From an uncultured virus (IMG/VR IMGVR_UViG_3300032287_001571) (lineage: Duplodnaviria > Heunggongvirae > Uroviricota > Caudoviricetes): DNA of 64,000 bases. How positions within the stretch are numbered: position 1 is the stretch's first letter; each line of letters begins with the position of its first letter. Positions 10,574-19,024 of this stretch are shown here, piece by piece. Position numbers and translations under genes: made by a program. The DNA lies in the IMG/VR virus record IMGVR_UViG_3300032287_001571. The stretch is one strand, 5' to 3'. The notes under the pieces are model-generated. The model worked only from the letters and a program-made list of their open reading frames with translations, had not been told where the DNA came from and made no database searches.

Positions 10574-10930
10574 GTGGTTCTGATGAATGACTACAGGTTT
10601 CACGAGATGACTTACGCAGACATCAGCAAGATGTTTGACGAGGTGTTGGCAGACCGTGACCGCTGGCGAGACATTGCCAAGCAGTTTGCACGGGCCGTCA
10701 CCCCCACCCAGTTGGGCATGGCACAGGTTGAGTACGACAGGGCGTCACAGACGAACAAGTTGGACCGTGACCTTCGGGAGTGGGCCGATGAGCAGATGCG
10801 CAAGGAACCTGCCGAGAAGACACAGCGTGACTCATTGCTGGAGTCTCTGGAGTTCGTTGTTGACATGATGAACAACGGCAATGTCAATCCCGAAGATGTG
10901 TACCCCAAAGGTCGGTATCAGGGTGACTAA
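10574..10930 (+). CDS. hypothetical protein
   Basis: ORF in operon, typical codon usage. Confidence 0.6.
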   Translation: MVLMNDYRFHEMTYADISKMFDEVLADRDRWRDIAKQFARAVTPTQLGMAQVEYDRASQTNKLDRDLREWADEQMRKEPAEKTQRDSLLESLEFVVDMMNNGNVNPEDVYPKGRYQGD

Positions 10931-11288
10931 CAGGAGCAAGGCCAAGGGGACGGCCTTTGAGGTTCTTGTCAGGGATTATTTAATCTCTAAGAAGTTCATC
11001 CACGCCCACCGCCCAGCCCTGTCAGGGGGCAACGACACTGGTGACATCAACGGCATCGCCAACCCCGAGACCGAGCGCAAGGTGGCGGTCCAGTGCAAGA
11101 ACCAGAAGACCATGAAACTCAGCGAGTGGCTCAATGACACCGTGGAGCAGGCCAAGAGGTTGAATGACGCAGTTCCTGTGTTGGTTGTTAAACGGGCTGG
11201 TAAAGGGGAAAAAGCGTTGGGTGATTCCTACGCTGTGATGCGGTTGGATGATGTAGTGGCCCTCCTGCGGGAGGCAGGCTACAACTAG
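10923..11288 (+). CDS. Holliday junction resolvase (Hjc-like PD-(D/E)xK)
   Basis: NRSKAKGTAFE, DTGDI, VQCKN. Confidence 0.8.
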   Translation: MTNRSKAKGTAFEVLVRDYLISKKFIHAHRPALSGGNDTGDINGIANPETERKVAVQCKNQKTMKLSEWLNDTVEQAKRLNDAVPVLVVKRAGKGEKALGDSYAVMRLDDVVALLREAGYN

Positions 11289-11320
11289 AATAGGGGTACA
11301 ACTTTACAAGGAGTACCTTT

Positions 11321-11611
11321 ATGTCACATGAACTGAACACCATCATTGACGATGTCTTAAAAGTGTCAGGCTCGTCCAACCCTCAAGCCCTTGCCTCCGT
11401 CTTGGCACGGGCCATCACCGCAGGGCAACTGCCCAGAATGCGTGCCATCGGCGCCTCCGCCGTCAATCAGGCATGCAAGGCTTCTGCTATCGCCCGTGGT
11501 TTCGTCGCCCCCCGTGGCATTGACCTGTCTTTTGTCCTCGGCTTTGACGACATTCAGGGAGAAAACGGGGACACTATTTCTGCGATATCATTTAAACCAC
11601 AGATTAAGTGA
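11321..11611 (+). CDS. spoVS: SpoVS family protein (Alba-like fold)
   Basis: LKVSGSSNP...AIGASAVNQACKASAIARGFVAPRGIDL closely matches the SpoVS signature (AIGAGALNQAVKAVAIARGFVAP). Confidence 0.9.
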   Translation: MSHELNTIIDDVLKVSGSSNPQALASVLARAITAGQLPRMRAIGASAVNQACKASAIARGFVAPRGIDLSFVLGFDDIQGENGDTISAISFKPQIK

Positions 11612-11621
11612 GGAGACAGAC

Positions 11622-11966
11622 ATGCCATTACCTCTAGCCTTAGCCCCATTGCTTGGTGGAGCCGCCGCTGGCGGAGGTGCCGCCGCCGCTGGTGGAGCCG
11701 CCGCCGCTGGCGCAGGTGCGGCTGGTGCCGCTGGCGCAGGTGCGGCTGGTGCCGCTGGCGCAGGTGCGGCTGGTGCCGCTGGCGCAGGTGCGGCTGGTGC
11801 CGCTGGCGCAGGTGCGGCTGGTACAGGTGTTTCTTCCACACTTTTCCGAAGTGCAGGACGAATGGCAGTCATGCGCTCTGCGTCCAGCATGGGGCATGGT
11901 GTAAGCGCTACACAGTTCCAACCAACTCCTGGTTATTTGGATAATCAAAACGCCCGCTACTCATAG
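11622..11966 (+). CDS. Ala/Gly-rich low-complexity protein
   Basis: GAGGAG SD before ATG 11622; (AAGAGAAG)n tract. Confidence 0.65.
   Translation: MPLPLALAPLLGGAAAGGGAAAAGGAAAAGAGAAGAAGAGAAGAAGAGAAGAAGAGAAGAAGAGAAGTGVSSTLFRSAGRMAVMRSASSMGHGVSATQFQPTPGYLDNQNARYS
11703..11822 (+). repeat. perfect 24-bp tandem repeat x5 (GCCGCTGGCGCAGGTGCGGCTGGT)
   Basis: directly visible; in frame, encodes AAGAGAAG. Confidence 0.95.
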
Positions 11967-11984
11967 TTAAGGGCACACATACTC

Positions 11985-12506
11985 ATGCCATCTTTCAGAG
12001 GAATCCGTCAAACCCTTCGTGGTGGAGCAGGCGCAGGCCGTGGTGATGCTCCGTACACAGCACCTTCATCTGGCATCAAGCCACCCCCACCTCCAATGCC
12101 GAGGCGTCCAAGCGGTCCACCCCCGCCTCCAATGCCTGGACAAATTAAGGGAGGAGGTTCAAGCCCGCAGACCCCTGCCCCTCTCCCGCCACACGGTGCA
12201 GATGGTATTCACCGACCACAGGCACCTGAGGGCGGTACCCCCAAGCACAAGTTCACCGAATACTCAAGTGAGACTTCGTACAAACTTAGGTCTCAAAGAG
12301 ACCGCCTTGCCAGCGCTCAAAAAGAGAACAAGGCCCGCATATCAAACTTTGCGGTGGACAAGCCTGATGACAGGACACGGGCTGGCGTTATGGCTCATCA
12401 AATAAAACTTGATAAGGCTGTTGAGGATGCTCAATCACAGTTGGATGAGCACGAAAGCCTTGCTCCTCGCCGAGTCGGCCCGCCAAAACCACCACCACGA
12501 AAGTAA
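11985..12506 (+). CDS. Pro-rich basic hypothetical protein (starts MPSF)
   Basis: ORF, poly-Pro tracts. Confidence 0.65.
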   Translation: MPSFRGIRQTLRGGAGAGRGDAPYTAPSSGIKPPPPPMPRRPSGPPPPPMPGQIKGGGSSPQTPAPLPPHGADGIHRPQAPEGGTPKHKFTEYSSETSYKLRSQRDRLASAQKENKARISNFAVDKPDDRTRAGVMAHQIKLDKAVEDAQSQLDEHESLAPRRVGPPKPPPRK

Positions 12507-12517
12507 GGGAAATAATC

Positions 12518-13054
12518 ATGCCTAGTTTTATGGGACGCCGTGTCAACAGGCAATACTCTCCCCATGGCTACACAACTCCTAAACCGAAGCACTCAACTGT
12601 GCCTTCTTCAGAGTTGCCCAAGCCCAGCATCAAGATTGGTGAAGACATGGCGGCAACTAAGCAAGGCCCAGTCTCTAACACCCGTGCGGCTCGTAAGGCT
12701 AACTCTCCCAAGGCAAAGGCCAAGGCTCTTAAGTCTGTTAACAAGAACCCTATGACCCCCGCCAGAGAAGGCGCATACAATGCAAGCGAGATTGGAATGG
12801 AGCGCAGTGATGCGTCAGCCGATTACCAACTCGCACGGGGCGCAGAAAAGCGCCTTGCTATTGGTACCTATCCCCCAGAACCACCTAAGCCCGCCACCAC
12901 CACATGGGCTGGCAAGGAGTTCCCAGCCGACCAGCGCACTGGGAAAGAGCGAGACGAGGACATCGTTGGCTCGTACAAGGCAACTGGTACGGCCATTGAT
13001 GCAGGTTGGCTCAAGAAGAATGGTTCTAAGGTCCGAAAGGACATGTACGGCTGA
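12518..13054 (+). CDS. basic hypothetical protein (starts MPSF)
   Basis: ORF with SD. Confidence 0.65.
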   Translation: MPSFMGRRVNRQYSPHGYTTPKPKHSTVPSSELPKPSIKIGEDMAATKQGPVSNTRAARKANSPKAKAKALKSVNKNPMTPAREGAYNASEIGMERSDASADYQLARGAEKRLAIGTYPPEPPKPATTTWAGKEFPADQRTGKERDEDIVGSYKATGTAIDAGWLKKNGSKVRKDMYG

Positions 13055-13338
13055 TGCCAAGGGGTGTTGACACCAGCAGGCACCCCAATCGTCAGGTGTT
13101 GCGCCGACAGGGTAGTCCAGCAAATTATGGTCGTGATGACTGGGACGAGTTTGCCCGCAAAGCCGTCCGCTCTGGCGGTCGCATCGTGCAGAGCGCCTCA
13201 GGGGACACACACATCATCAGCCCATTAGGGAACCACTGGGGAACCTTCAAGCAACAGCAGGGTGTGTCAGAGGGCGCCTCATTGACACGGTTGTCCGACA
13301 ATGATGACCTGAGTGATGTCACCGACAGATACCTGTGA
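13054..13338 (+). CDS. small protein with N-terminal MPRGxDTSxHPNRQV tag
   Basis: TGATG coupling; tag shared with 14915, 15142, 15435, 15722. Confidence 0.75.
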   Translation: MPRGVDTSRHPNRQVLRRQGSPANYGRDDWDEFARKAVRSGGRIVQSASGDTHIISPLGNHWGTFKQQQGVSEGASLTRLSDNDDLSDVTDRYL

Positions 13339-13486
13339 GCCAAAAGAACCCACGCTCTCGTTCCCGTACCCAACAGAGGTACGCAAGGAAACAGGCAAAC
13401 TCTAGGTCTGCACGCCCCATCTCCACTGTCGGAGGTGGGCAGGGTGGTCTCCTCAGCCCGTCTGGTAACGCAGGGAGTTTCTGGGG

Positions 13487-13984
13487 ATGAGTCAGCAGGC
13501 ACCTAGTTTCCATTCATGGAGCAACAACGACAACCCTCCTGGAGCAAACACTCAGGCAGGATTCGGTCCAGCACCAGTGTTCCGCTCGTCCAAGGACGAA
13601 CTCCTCTCTGGTTACCGCACGGCAACGGATGCGCAGTACCCAGACGGTTACCTCGGCACCATGTCCGCCAACCGCAGGCAGGACAAGATTCTCGGAACCC
13701 TGAGTCGTATGAACGCACGGCAGTACAGCCGTGGCGTACACAAGGGCGAGAAAATCAACACAAGTGATTACTTCTGGCCCGAGGAGTTCGGCAAGTACAC
13801 GGGCATCCAGATGGAGGCTCAGGGCAAGAGGTTTGCGCCTGTGGGCATGGAGCCCGTTCGCCTTACAAATGACGGCAAGGTCGGCCCCAGAGGGATTGTG
13901 GCTCCCAAGAACGACTCAGCCATGGGGGAAATCAGCCCACAGCAGAGGGCACGGCTCAGAAGCCTCGCCCCACGCTGGCGCTAA
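13487..13984 (+). CDS. hypothetical protein (possibly virion-associated)
   Basis: YPDGYLGT...YSRGVHKGEKI; clean ORF. Confidence 0.7.
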   Translation: MSQQAPSFHSWSNNDNPPGANTQAGFGPAPVFRSSKDELLSGYRTATDAQYPDGYLGTMSANRRQDKILGTLSRMNARQYSRGVHKGEKINTSDYFWPEEFGKYTGIQMEAQGKRFAPVGMEPVRLTNDGKVGPRGIVAPKNDSAMGEISPQQRARLRSLAPRWR

Positions 13985-14002
13985 ATGAAGTAAAATAGTG
14001 AT

Positions 14003-14359
14003 ATGAACCGTTTGATGTCCGCAGAGTACAGGAGGCCACATAACGGACTGTCCGTTGTGCGCACTAGGCCACAACGAGACCTGTCCATTGTCGGTGACAC
14101 CTCCTACGGTCCTATGCCTTCTCAGGGAGACCCGTGGATGGCGTCCCCCCAGAGACAACCTAAACTCGTGCCCTCCCGTAAACCAGATTGGTATCCCAAC
14201 GAAGACCCCAAGGGGCCAAAGGTGGCACCAGCGGCCCCCCCTAGTGGTCCTCCTCCAAAAGGTCCAAAGAAGCCAAACAAAGATTACTTTGAGAACGACA
14301 AGAACAAGGATTACTTCAAAAAGCCAAGAAAACCCTACGACGAGAACTGGAGTAACTAA
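14003..14359 (+). CDS. Pro/Lys-rich hypothetical protein, leaderless
   Basis: TGAAG-TAAAAT-N6-ATG upstream. Confidence 0.65.
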   Translation: MNRLMSAEYRRPHNGLSVVRTRPQRDLSIVGDTSYGPMPSQGDPWMASPQRQPKLVPSRKPDWYPNEDPKGPKVAPAAPPSGPPPKGPKKPNKDYFENDKNKDYFKKPRKPYDENWSN

Positions 14360-14361
14360 TC

Positions 14362-14658
14362 ATGGCTTGGAACCATCGTGGTGAATACATCGCTGACCCA
14401 CACTTGAACCGTTTGCGTGATTTGAAAGCCAGTTTGCAGGTTCTGCGGGACGACACACCCTACGCTACTGAAGAGGACGCCCGTGAATGGTACGACATTC
14501 CTAAGGGTGGGGAAGATTTTCCTGGGGTTGAAGGCCGTTCGGAGATGGGTGATGCCCACCTGATGCCAGACACTGATGCCCCTATTAGCGTCACAGAGCG
14601 TGCGTTTGGCGAGTCTGGTCACGGCTATTCCGTTCGCAAAGAGAAGAAGGGTCAGTAA
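14362..14658 (+). CDS. small protein with N-terminal NHRG tag
   Basis: MAWNHRGEYI. Confidence 0.65.
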   Translation: MAWNHRGEYIADPHLNRLRDLKASLQVLRDDTPYATEEDAREWYDIPKGGEDFPGVEGRSEMGDAHLMPDTDAPISVTERAFGESGHGYSVRKEKKGQ

Positions 14659-14915
14659 TGCCTGCAAATAATCACCGTGGAAACTTCATTGTCAGCACTG
14701 GCTATCTGAACGAGCGCAACAACGCCCTTGCTCAAATCGCCGAGGAGATGGCGAGCCAAGGATGGGCTGGGGAGAACTGGAACCCAGATGATGACTCCTA
14801 CGACTTGGCTGTCGGCCCACCAGACCGTGTGAAGCGTGGCAACCGAGGTCTGTCAGAGGGTGACTTCAAGCAAGTGACCCAAGCCAGCGACAGGAATGTC
14901 AAGGGGCAGAACTGA
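14658..14915 (+). CDS. small protein with N-terminal NHRG tag
   Basis: MPANNHRGNFI; TAATG coupling. Confidence 0.65.
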   Translation: MPANNHRGNFIVSTGYLNERNNALAQIAEEMASQGWAGENWNPDDDSYDLAVGPPDRVKRGNRGLSEGDFKQVTQASDRNVKGQN

Positions 14916-15142
14916 TGCCAAGAGGAATAGACACGAGGAACCACCCAAACCGTAAAGTAGGGTCACGCCTTCTTGCTCAGGCTCTTTCCGTTGCCCTCCC
15001 ACGGCTTACACCAGAGACCAAGGATGACGCACCTGCTGGTGGTATCCCCCGTCCTCCACTGCACTCATGTGGCTCCTGTGGAGATATGACCTCAACAGAA
15101 CACGGTGTTTGCGCAGACTGTCATGCACAAGGCCATTACTGA
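14915..15142 (+). CDS. small HPNR-tag protein with C-terminal zinc finger
   Basis: MPRGIDTRNHPNRKV; CGSC...CADC. Confidence 0.7.
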   Translation: MPRGIDTRNHPNRKVGSRLLAQALSVALPRLTPETKDDAPAGGIPRPPLHSCGSCGDMTSTEHGVCADCHAQGHY

Positions 15143-15435
15143 TGGCTGGACATCGTGACGACGGCACTGTTGCCGAAGACAAAGCACATCACCCGAACCG
15201 TCGGGTGGACTGGGATTCGCTGTTTAATCAGACTGCCATCTCCCCACTTCAAGCACAGCAAGCCGCTAACGCATGGATGAACGACCCTGACAACGCTCCC
15301 TATCTCAACCGTACCCCAGCCACCTTCTCCCCAGAAGTGATGGCTGAGTTCGGTTTAGGGGGCAATGACAACGCCAACCCACACGGGATGAAGAGACCAG
15401 ACCTGACAGGTATTGAAGTAAAGGATGATGACTGA
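15142..15435 (+). CDS. small HPNR-tag protein
   Basis: MAGHRDDGTVAEDKAHHPNRRV; TGATG coupling. Confidence 0.7.
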   Translation: MAGHRDDGTVAEDKAHHPNRRVDWDSLFNQTAISPLQAQQAANAWMNDPDNAPYLNRTPATFSPEVMAEFGLGGNDNANPHGMKRPDLTGIEVKDDD

Positions 15436-15719
15436 TGCCCAGAGGACAAGACACCAGCAAGCACCCCAACCGTCAGGTTGGTCGCTCTACCCCACGGATT
15501 GCCGAAGCCTTGATTCGCAAGACGAACATGGATGTCAACGCACTGTGGGCTCAGGAAAACCCACGACCATCGTGGACTCCCACCCCAGCCAGAGCAGAGA
15601 CTGCCCAAGGGTTCATTGACCTGTACCGCACTCTCCGTGACCACGCCCCGTCGGACACCAAGAACATCGCCGACATGGGCGGTCGTATCAGGGACGCCAT
15701 CAGAAGCCGAGGTCAGTGA
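15435..15719 (+). CDS. small HPNR-tag protein
   Basis: MPRGQDTSKHPNRQV. Confidence 0.75.
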   Translation: MPRGQDTSKHPNRQVGRSTPRIAEALIRKTNMDVNALWAQENPRPSWTPTPARAETAQGFIDLYRTLRDHAPSDTKNIADMGGRIRDAIRSRGQ

Positions 15720-15721
15720 CC

Positions 15722-15910
15722 ATGGCTCGTGGGCAGGACACCTCACGCCACCCAAATCGTCAGGTGGGCAAGGTCATCATCAGGCAAGAAGCCAGCGAGT
15801 TGACCCCAGAACAGTACGCTCAGTACCGTGAATGGGCAGAGAAACAGAACTTTGATGAGCGCCGTGCCAACTTGGACAGGGGCGTTGAGTTCCCCATGAA
15901 GAGGGGCTGA
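15722..15910 (+). CDS. small HPNR-tag protein
   Basis: MARGQDTSRHPNRQV. Confidence 0.75.
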   Translation: MARGQDTSRHPNRQVGKVIIRQEASELTPEQYAQYREWAEKQNFDERRANLDRGVEFPMKRG

Positions 15911-16218
15911 TGCCTCAGTACCCCGCACGCCCTTGGCAGTCAAGGCAGGAGATGTTGGTGGACATCGCACTGCAAAGCGCCATCTCTGACCCTGAGACCA
16001 TCAGGGCCACCCGTCCTGTCGTGCCACAAGAATTGTTTCCAGAGACTAGAGGGCTTGTCCGCAGGGAGATGAGCGTGACGGATGTGCTGACCATTGACAG
16101 GAATTTTCCGACCTATCGCTCGTGGGTGTCTGGCGCTCCCGTCATGTTCAAGGACGGTTTCATGGACGAGAACTTCTCTGGCTCCAGCAGGTACTCCATG
16201 CAAGGACTGTGGTCGTAG
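15910..16218 (+). CDS. hypothetical protein
   Basis: coupled ORF. Confidence 0.65.
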   Translation: MPQYPARPWQSRQEMLVDIALQSAISDPETIRATRPVVPQELFPETRGLVRREMSVTDVLTIDRNFPTYRSWVSGAPVMFKDGFMDENFSGSSRYSMQGLWS

Positions 16219-16976
16219 TGGCTAGGCGGTATCAACAGGGAATTGGCATCCCAGAGAGTCTGGGAGCGCCTTTAGGGGAATGGAAGGACCCAACCCCCAC
16301 ATCCACTTCTCAGATTGATTTTAGGTTGCCCAATGTTGGTGTGAAGTACTCGTATGGTTCCACGGGAGAGTACCTTGACACTATTCCACATCGCTGGACG
16401 GTGTCTAAGAGCATGCTTCGTAGAAGCAGAGATGAAGAAACAACTAGGGGTACACGAACCCGTGGAACTGGTAGAACAACCACCACGACGGGCACCCCAA
16501 CCACTGGTACGGGATTCCCACCACCTACAGGCGTAGGTACGCCACCCGCAGGGTTACCGACAGGGGGAACCCCAGCCCCCCCAGGCTTACCCCCTCCTAC
16601 ACCAGCATCAGTCCGCACAGGTCTCCCCGTCCCACCACCGCCACCCACTGGAACTGCGCCATCAGCGCCAACAGGTGCTCCTCCATTAATCATGCCCCCC
16701 ATGCCTCCACGGCGAGCAGATGATGCTCCGTGGATGACGAGGGAGCCAGATGTGACCACCGCTGATGACCCATTCATAGTGGGCGTGCGTAGCGCCCCAG
16801 ACACGCCCTTGAACTCTCCAGTTGATTGGCGAGACGACCCAGACATGGACATCCTTGGTCTCCCAGGAGGCGCAGGAGACAGGGCTTTGGAGGAATGGCT
16901 GAGGGGCGGTGGCGCAGGTTCAGCCATCACTCCTCCTGCCTCGTCCCGTACTCAAAATCGCCCAAAAACCACCTGA
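16218..16976 (+). CDS. Pro/Thr/Gly-rich hypothetical protein
   Basis: GTG start overlapping the previous stop; low complexity. Confidence 0.6.
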   Translation: MARRYQQGIGIPESLGAPLGEWKDPTPTSTSQIDFRLPNVGVKYSYGSTGEYLDTIPHRWTVSKSMLRRSRDEETTRGTRTRGTGRTTTTTGTPTTGTGFPPPTGVGTPPAGLPTGGTPAPPGLPPPTPASVRTGLPVPPPPPTGTAPSAPTGAPPLIMPPMPPRRADDAPWMTREPDVTTADDPFIVGVRSAPDTPLNSPVDWRDDPDMDILGLPGGAGDRALEEWLRGGGAGSAITPPASSRTQNRPKTT

Positions 16977-16991
16977 TACAATAGGAGTGTT

Positions 16992-17198
16992 ATGGCAGTC
17001 AATGAATCCCGTTCCATGAACAATGACATGCGCCTCGGGGCAACCGACGGCAAATACAAGTCCCTCACCCCAGACCGTGGTGGCGAGGTTGACCCGACGG
17101 CGGCTACCGCCCGCATGACGGTCACCAAGTCCATGTTCCCGACTGGTGAGGTCTACTCGTTCACCGAGCGCCACCCGCTCTCCAACTCGGGGCTGTAA
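16992..17198 (+). CDS. hypothetical protein
   Basis: TACAAT and AGGAG upstream. Confidence 0.7.
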   Translation: MAVNESRSMNNDMRLGATDGKYKSLTPDRGGEVDPTAATARMTVTKSMFPTGEVYSFTERHPLSNSGL

Positions 17199-17200
17199 CC

Positions 17201-17605
17201 ATGCCCCATAACCATCGTGGTTTTCCGATTGCTGGCAACCACACCCCAATGCCTCGCCGTATGCCCCGCCTTGAGGGAGTAATTGCAAACTTTACCCAGA
17301 ACGGCACAGGTGACGCCGCTGACACTATTGCGGAAGCCCGTGAAGACAGGGCTGATGGCAACATTGACTACTATGGTGGCGGTTCCCCTGCTCAGGACAT
17401 CATCCAATCGGCACTTGCTCAGCATCAGGGTGGCCACGACATCATTTCCAGCAATGCCAACCCATACGGCAAGAGCCATGACTACCTGTTTTGCAGTCAC
17501 CCCTCCTGTCAAAAAGCCGCAGAAGAACAAGGTGCTGATTGGGATTCTGGCCCGTCGCTTCGCCGTGGGCAGTGGGCTAACGGGCAGTACTACAACTGGG
17601 GCTAA
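17201..17605 (+). CDS. small protein with N-terminal NHRG tag
   Basis: MPHNHRGFPI. Confidence 0.65.
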   Translation: MPHNHRGFPIAGNHTPMPRRMPRLEGVIANFTQNGTGDAADTIAEAREDRADGNIDYYGGGSPAQDIIQSALAQHQGGHDIISSNANPYGKSHDYLFCSHPSCQKAAEEQGADWDSGPSLRRGQWANGQYYNWG

Positions 17606-17649
17606 TTACAGTGTGCTAGGCTCCCACTACCACAAGTGAGGAGAACAAA

Positions 17650-18117
17650 ATGCCCGAGACTGGTTACCACCGTCTTCTTGTCTGCAAGACACATGGCGTC
17701 ATGTACAAGATGCGCCCCTATGACGGTCCCCCAGAATACGACCAAGAACTGATTGAACTGTGCGACAGGCACAACGCTCAGGTTCCTGACCCAGACAACT
17801 GCAAGGCTCTCATCTTCCGTACCGACCCAGAGACGGCTGAGAAACTGGACATGGAGACCGCCCTCAAGAACAAGATGGGCGACATGGATGTCTACATCAA
17901 GGACTTCCGTGACGAACTGAAGGTGGATGCCCTCAAGTGCTACGAACGGCACAGTCGCCCAGAGGGAGGGTGCATGGACTGGTGCAACGACGACAAGACC
18001 ATCGGTCGCAAGATTGGCGTTCCCAAGGAGCACCGCCAGTACCTCTGCTACTACTGCCCAGTGGGCTCGTGGGTTGCCACTCAGGAGCGCCACCAGATGG
18101 GCATGTACAAGAAGTGA
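17650..18117 (+). CDS. Cys/His-rich hypothetical protein
   Basis: GAGGAG SD; CKTH, CYERH, CMDWC, CYYC. Confidence 0.75.
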   Translation: MPETGYHRLLVCKTHGVMYKMRPYDGPPEYDQELIELCDRHNAQVPDPDNCKALIFRTDPETAEKLDMETALKNKMGDMDVYIKDFRDELKVDALKCYERHSRPEGGCMDWCNDDKTIGRKIGVPKEHRQYLCYYCPVGSWVATQERHQMGMYKK

Positions 18118-18593
18118 TTGTCATCACGCTGGATGTGTTGGCACACCCAGCAGATGAACTGGGCTCACGCCAACCCACCACGGAAGGACGCAAGTTATGG
18201 AACATGCTGTTTCAGCAGTATCAGGGGCGCATCTGCGTCCTAGCCACTGGGGTGGAGAAACAGAAAACTCCCATTCTGTTAGAATGGCTGAAGCGAGAAG
18301 GCTTCAAGGCAGGAACGGTAGACATCACTTATGAAACATCTCCCGATGCCAAACTGGAGCGTGTTCGTAGTATCCAAGCGGGATACGGACGAGTTGAATG
18401 GTTCTGCGACACCGACCCTGCAACCGTTAGACGAGTCATTCACGATGGAGTTGCAACGCTACTCGTTTCTGTCCCATCCGTCCCTAGACCAGAGTGGGTT
18501 TCCGCCAGAGCAATTAAACAGTGGGACGAACTTTCTAGAGAAATACATGACCAAGCCTTGGCTAGAGCCGAACGAGAGTGGCATGATGAGTGA
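18114..18593 (+). CDS. HAD-like fold protein (degenerate)
   Basis: IVITLDVL...FCDTDP; HAD-like strand pattern. Confidence 0.5.
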   Translation: MIVITLDVLAHPADELGSRQPTTEGRKLWNMLFQQYQGRICVLATGVEKQKTPILLEWLKREGFKAGTVDITYETSPDAKLERVRSIQAGYGRVEWFCDTDPATVRRVIHDGVATLLVSVPSVPRPEWVSARAIKQWDELSREIHDQALARAEREWHDE

Positions 18594-18837
18594 CATGGAA
18601 GAACTTGACTTTGATACTTGGTTGACTGTCGGCATTGAGCAGGGGTGGATTGGTCCTCCCGTGTGCGAGACCCATGACGGCCTTCCCATGTCCGACGAGG
18701 AGTGGGCAATCACCGACCTTGACGGTGAGCCCCCCTGCATTCACATCCTTCGCCTGTACCCAGACAGCGAGACCAAAGAGGCCGTGGAGAAGGCACATTC
18801 TCCCTCCGTTTGGCGTCGCAAAAACATGGGTCTCTGA
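18583..18837 (+). CDS. hypothetical protein
   Basis: CETHDGLP...PCIH. Confidence 0.65.
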   Translation: MMSDMEELDFDTWLTVGIEQGWIGPPVCETHDGLPMSDEEWAITDLDGEPPCIHILRLYPDSETKEAVEKAHSPSVWRRKNMGL

Positions 18838-19024
18838 GATGGGGTACTCCAGTGAAGGAACCCATTCTCAATCAGGTGCGTATTGCAGTCATCGTTAGTC
18901 AAAGCCTCCTCAAGAAGTCTGTGGCTAACGGAGACCTGCCTGCCTCTGAGGCTGAGACCATCATGTACCACCTGACCCGTTCACTGGAGTTGGTCAAGGA
19001 GCATCTCCCCCGAAAGACCGACCA

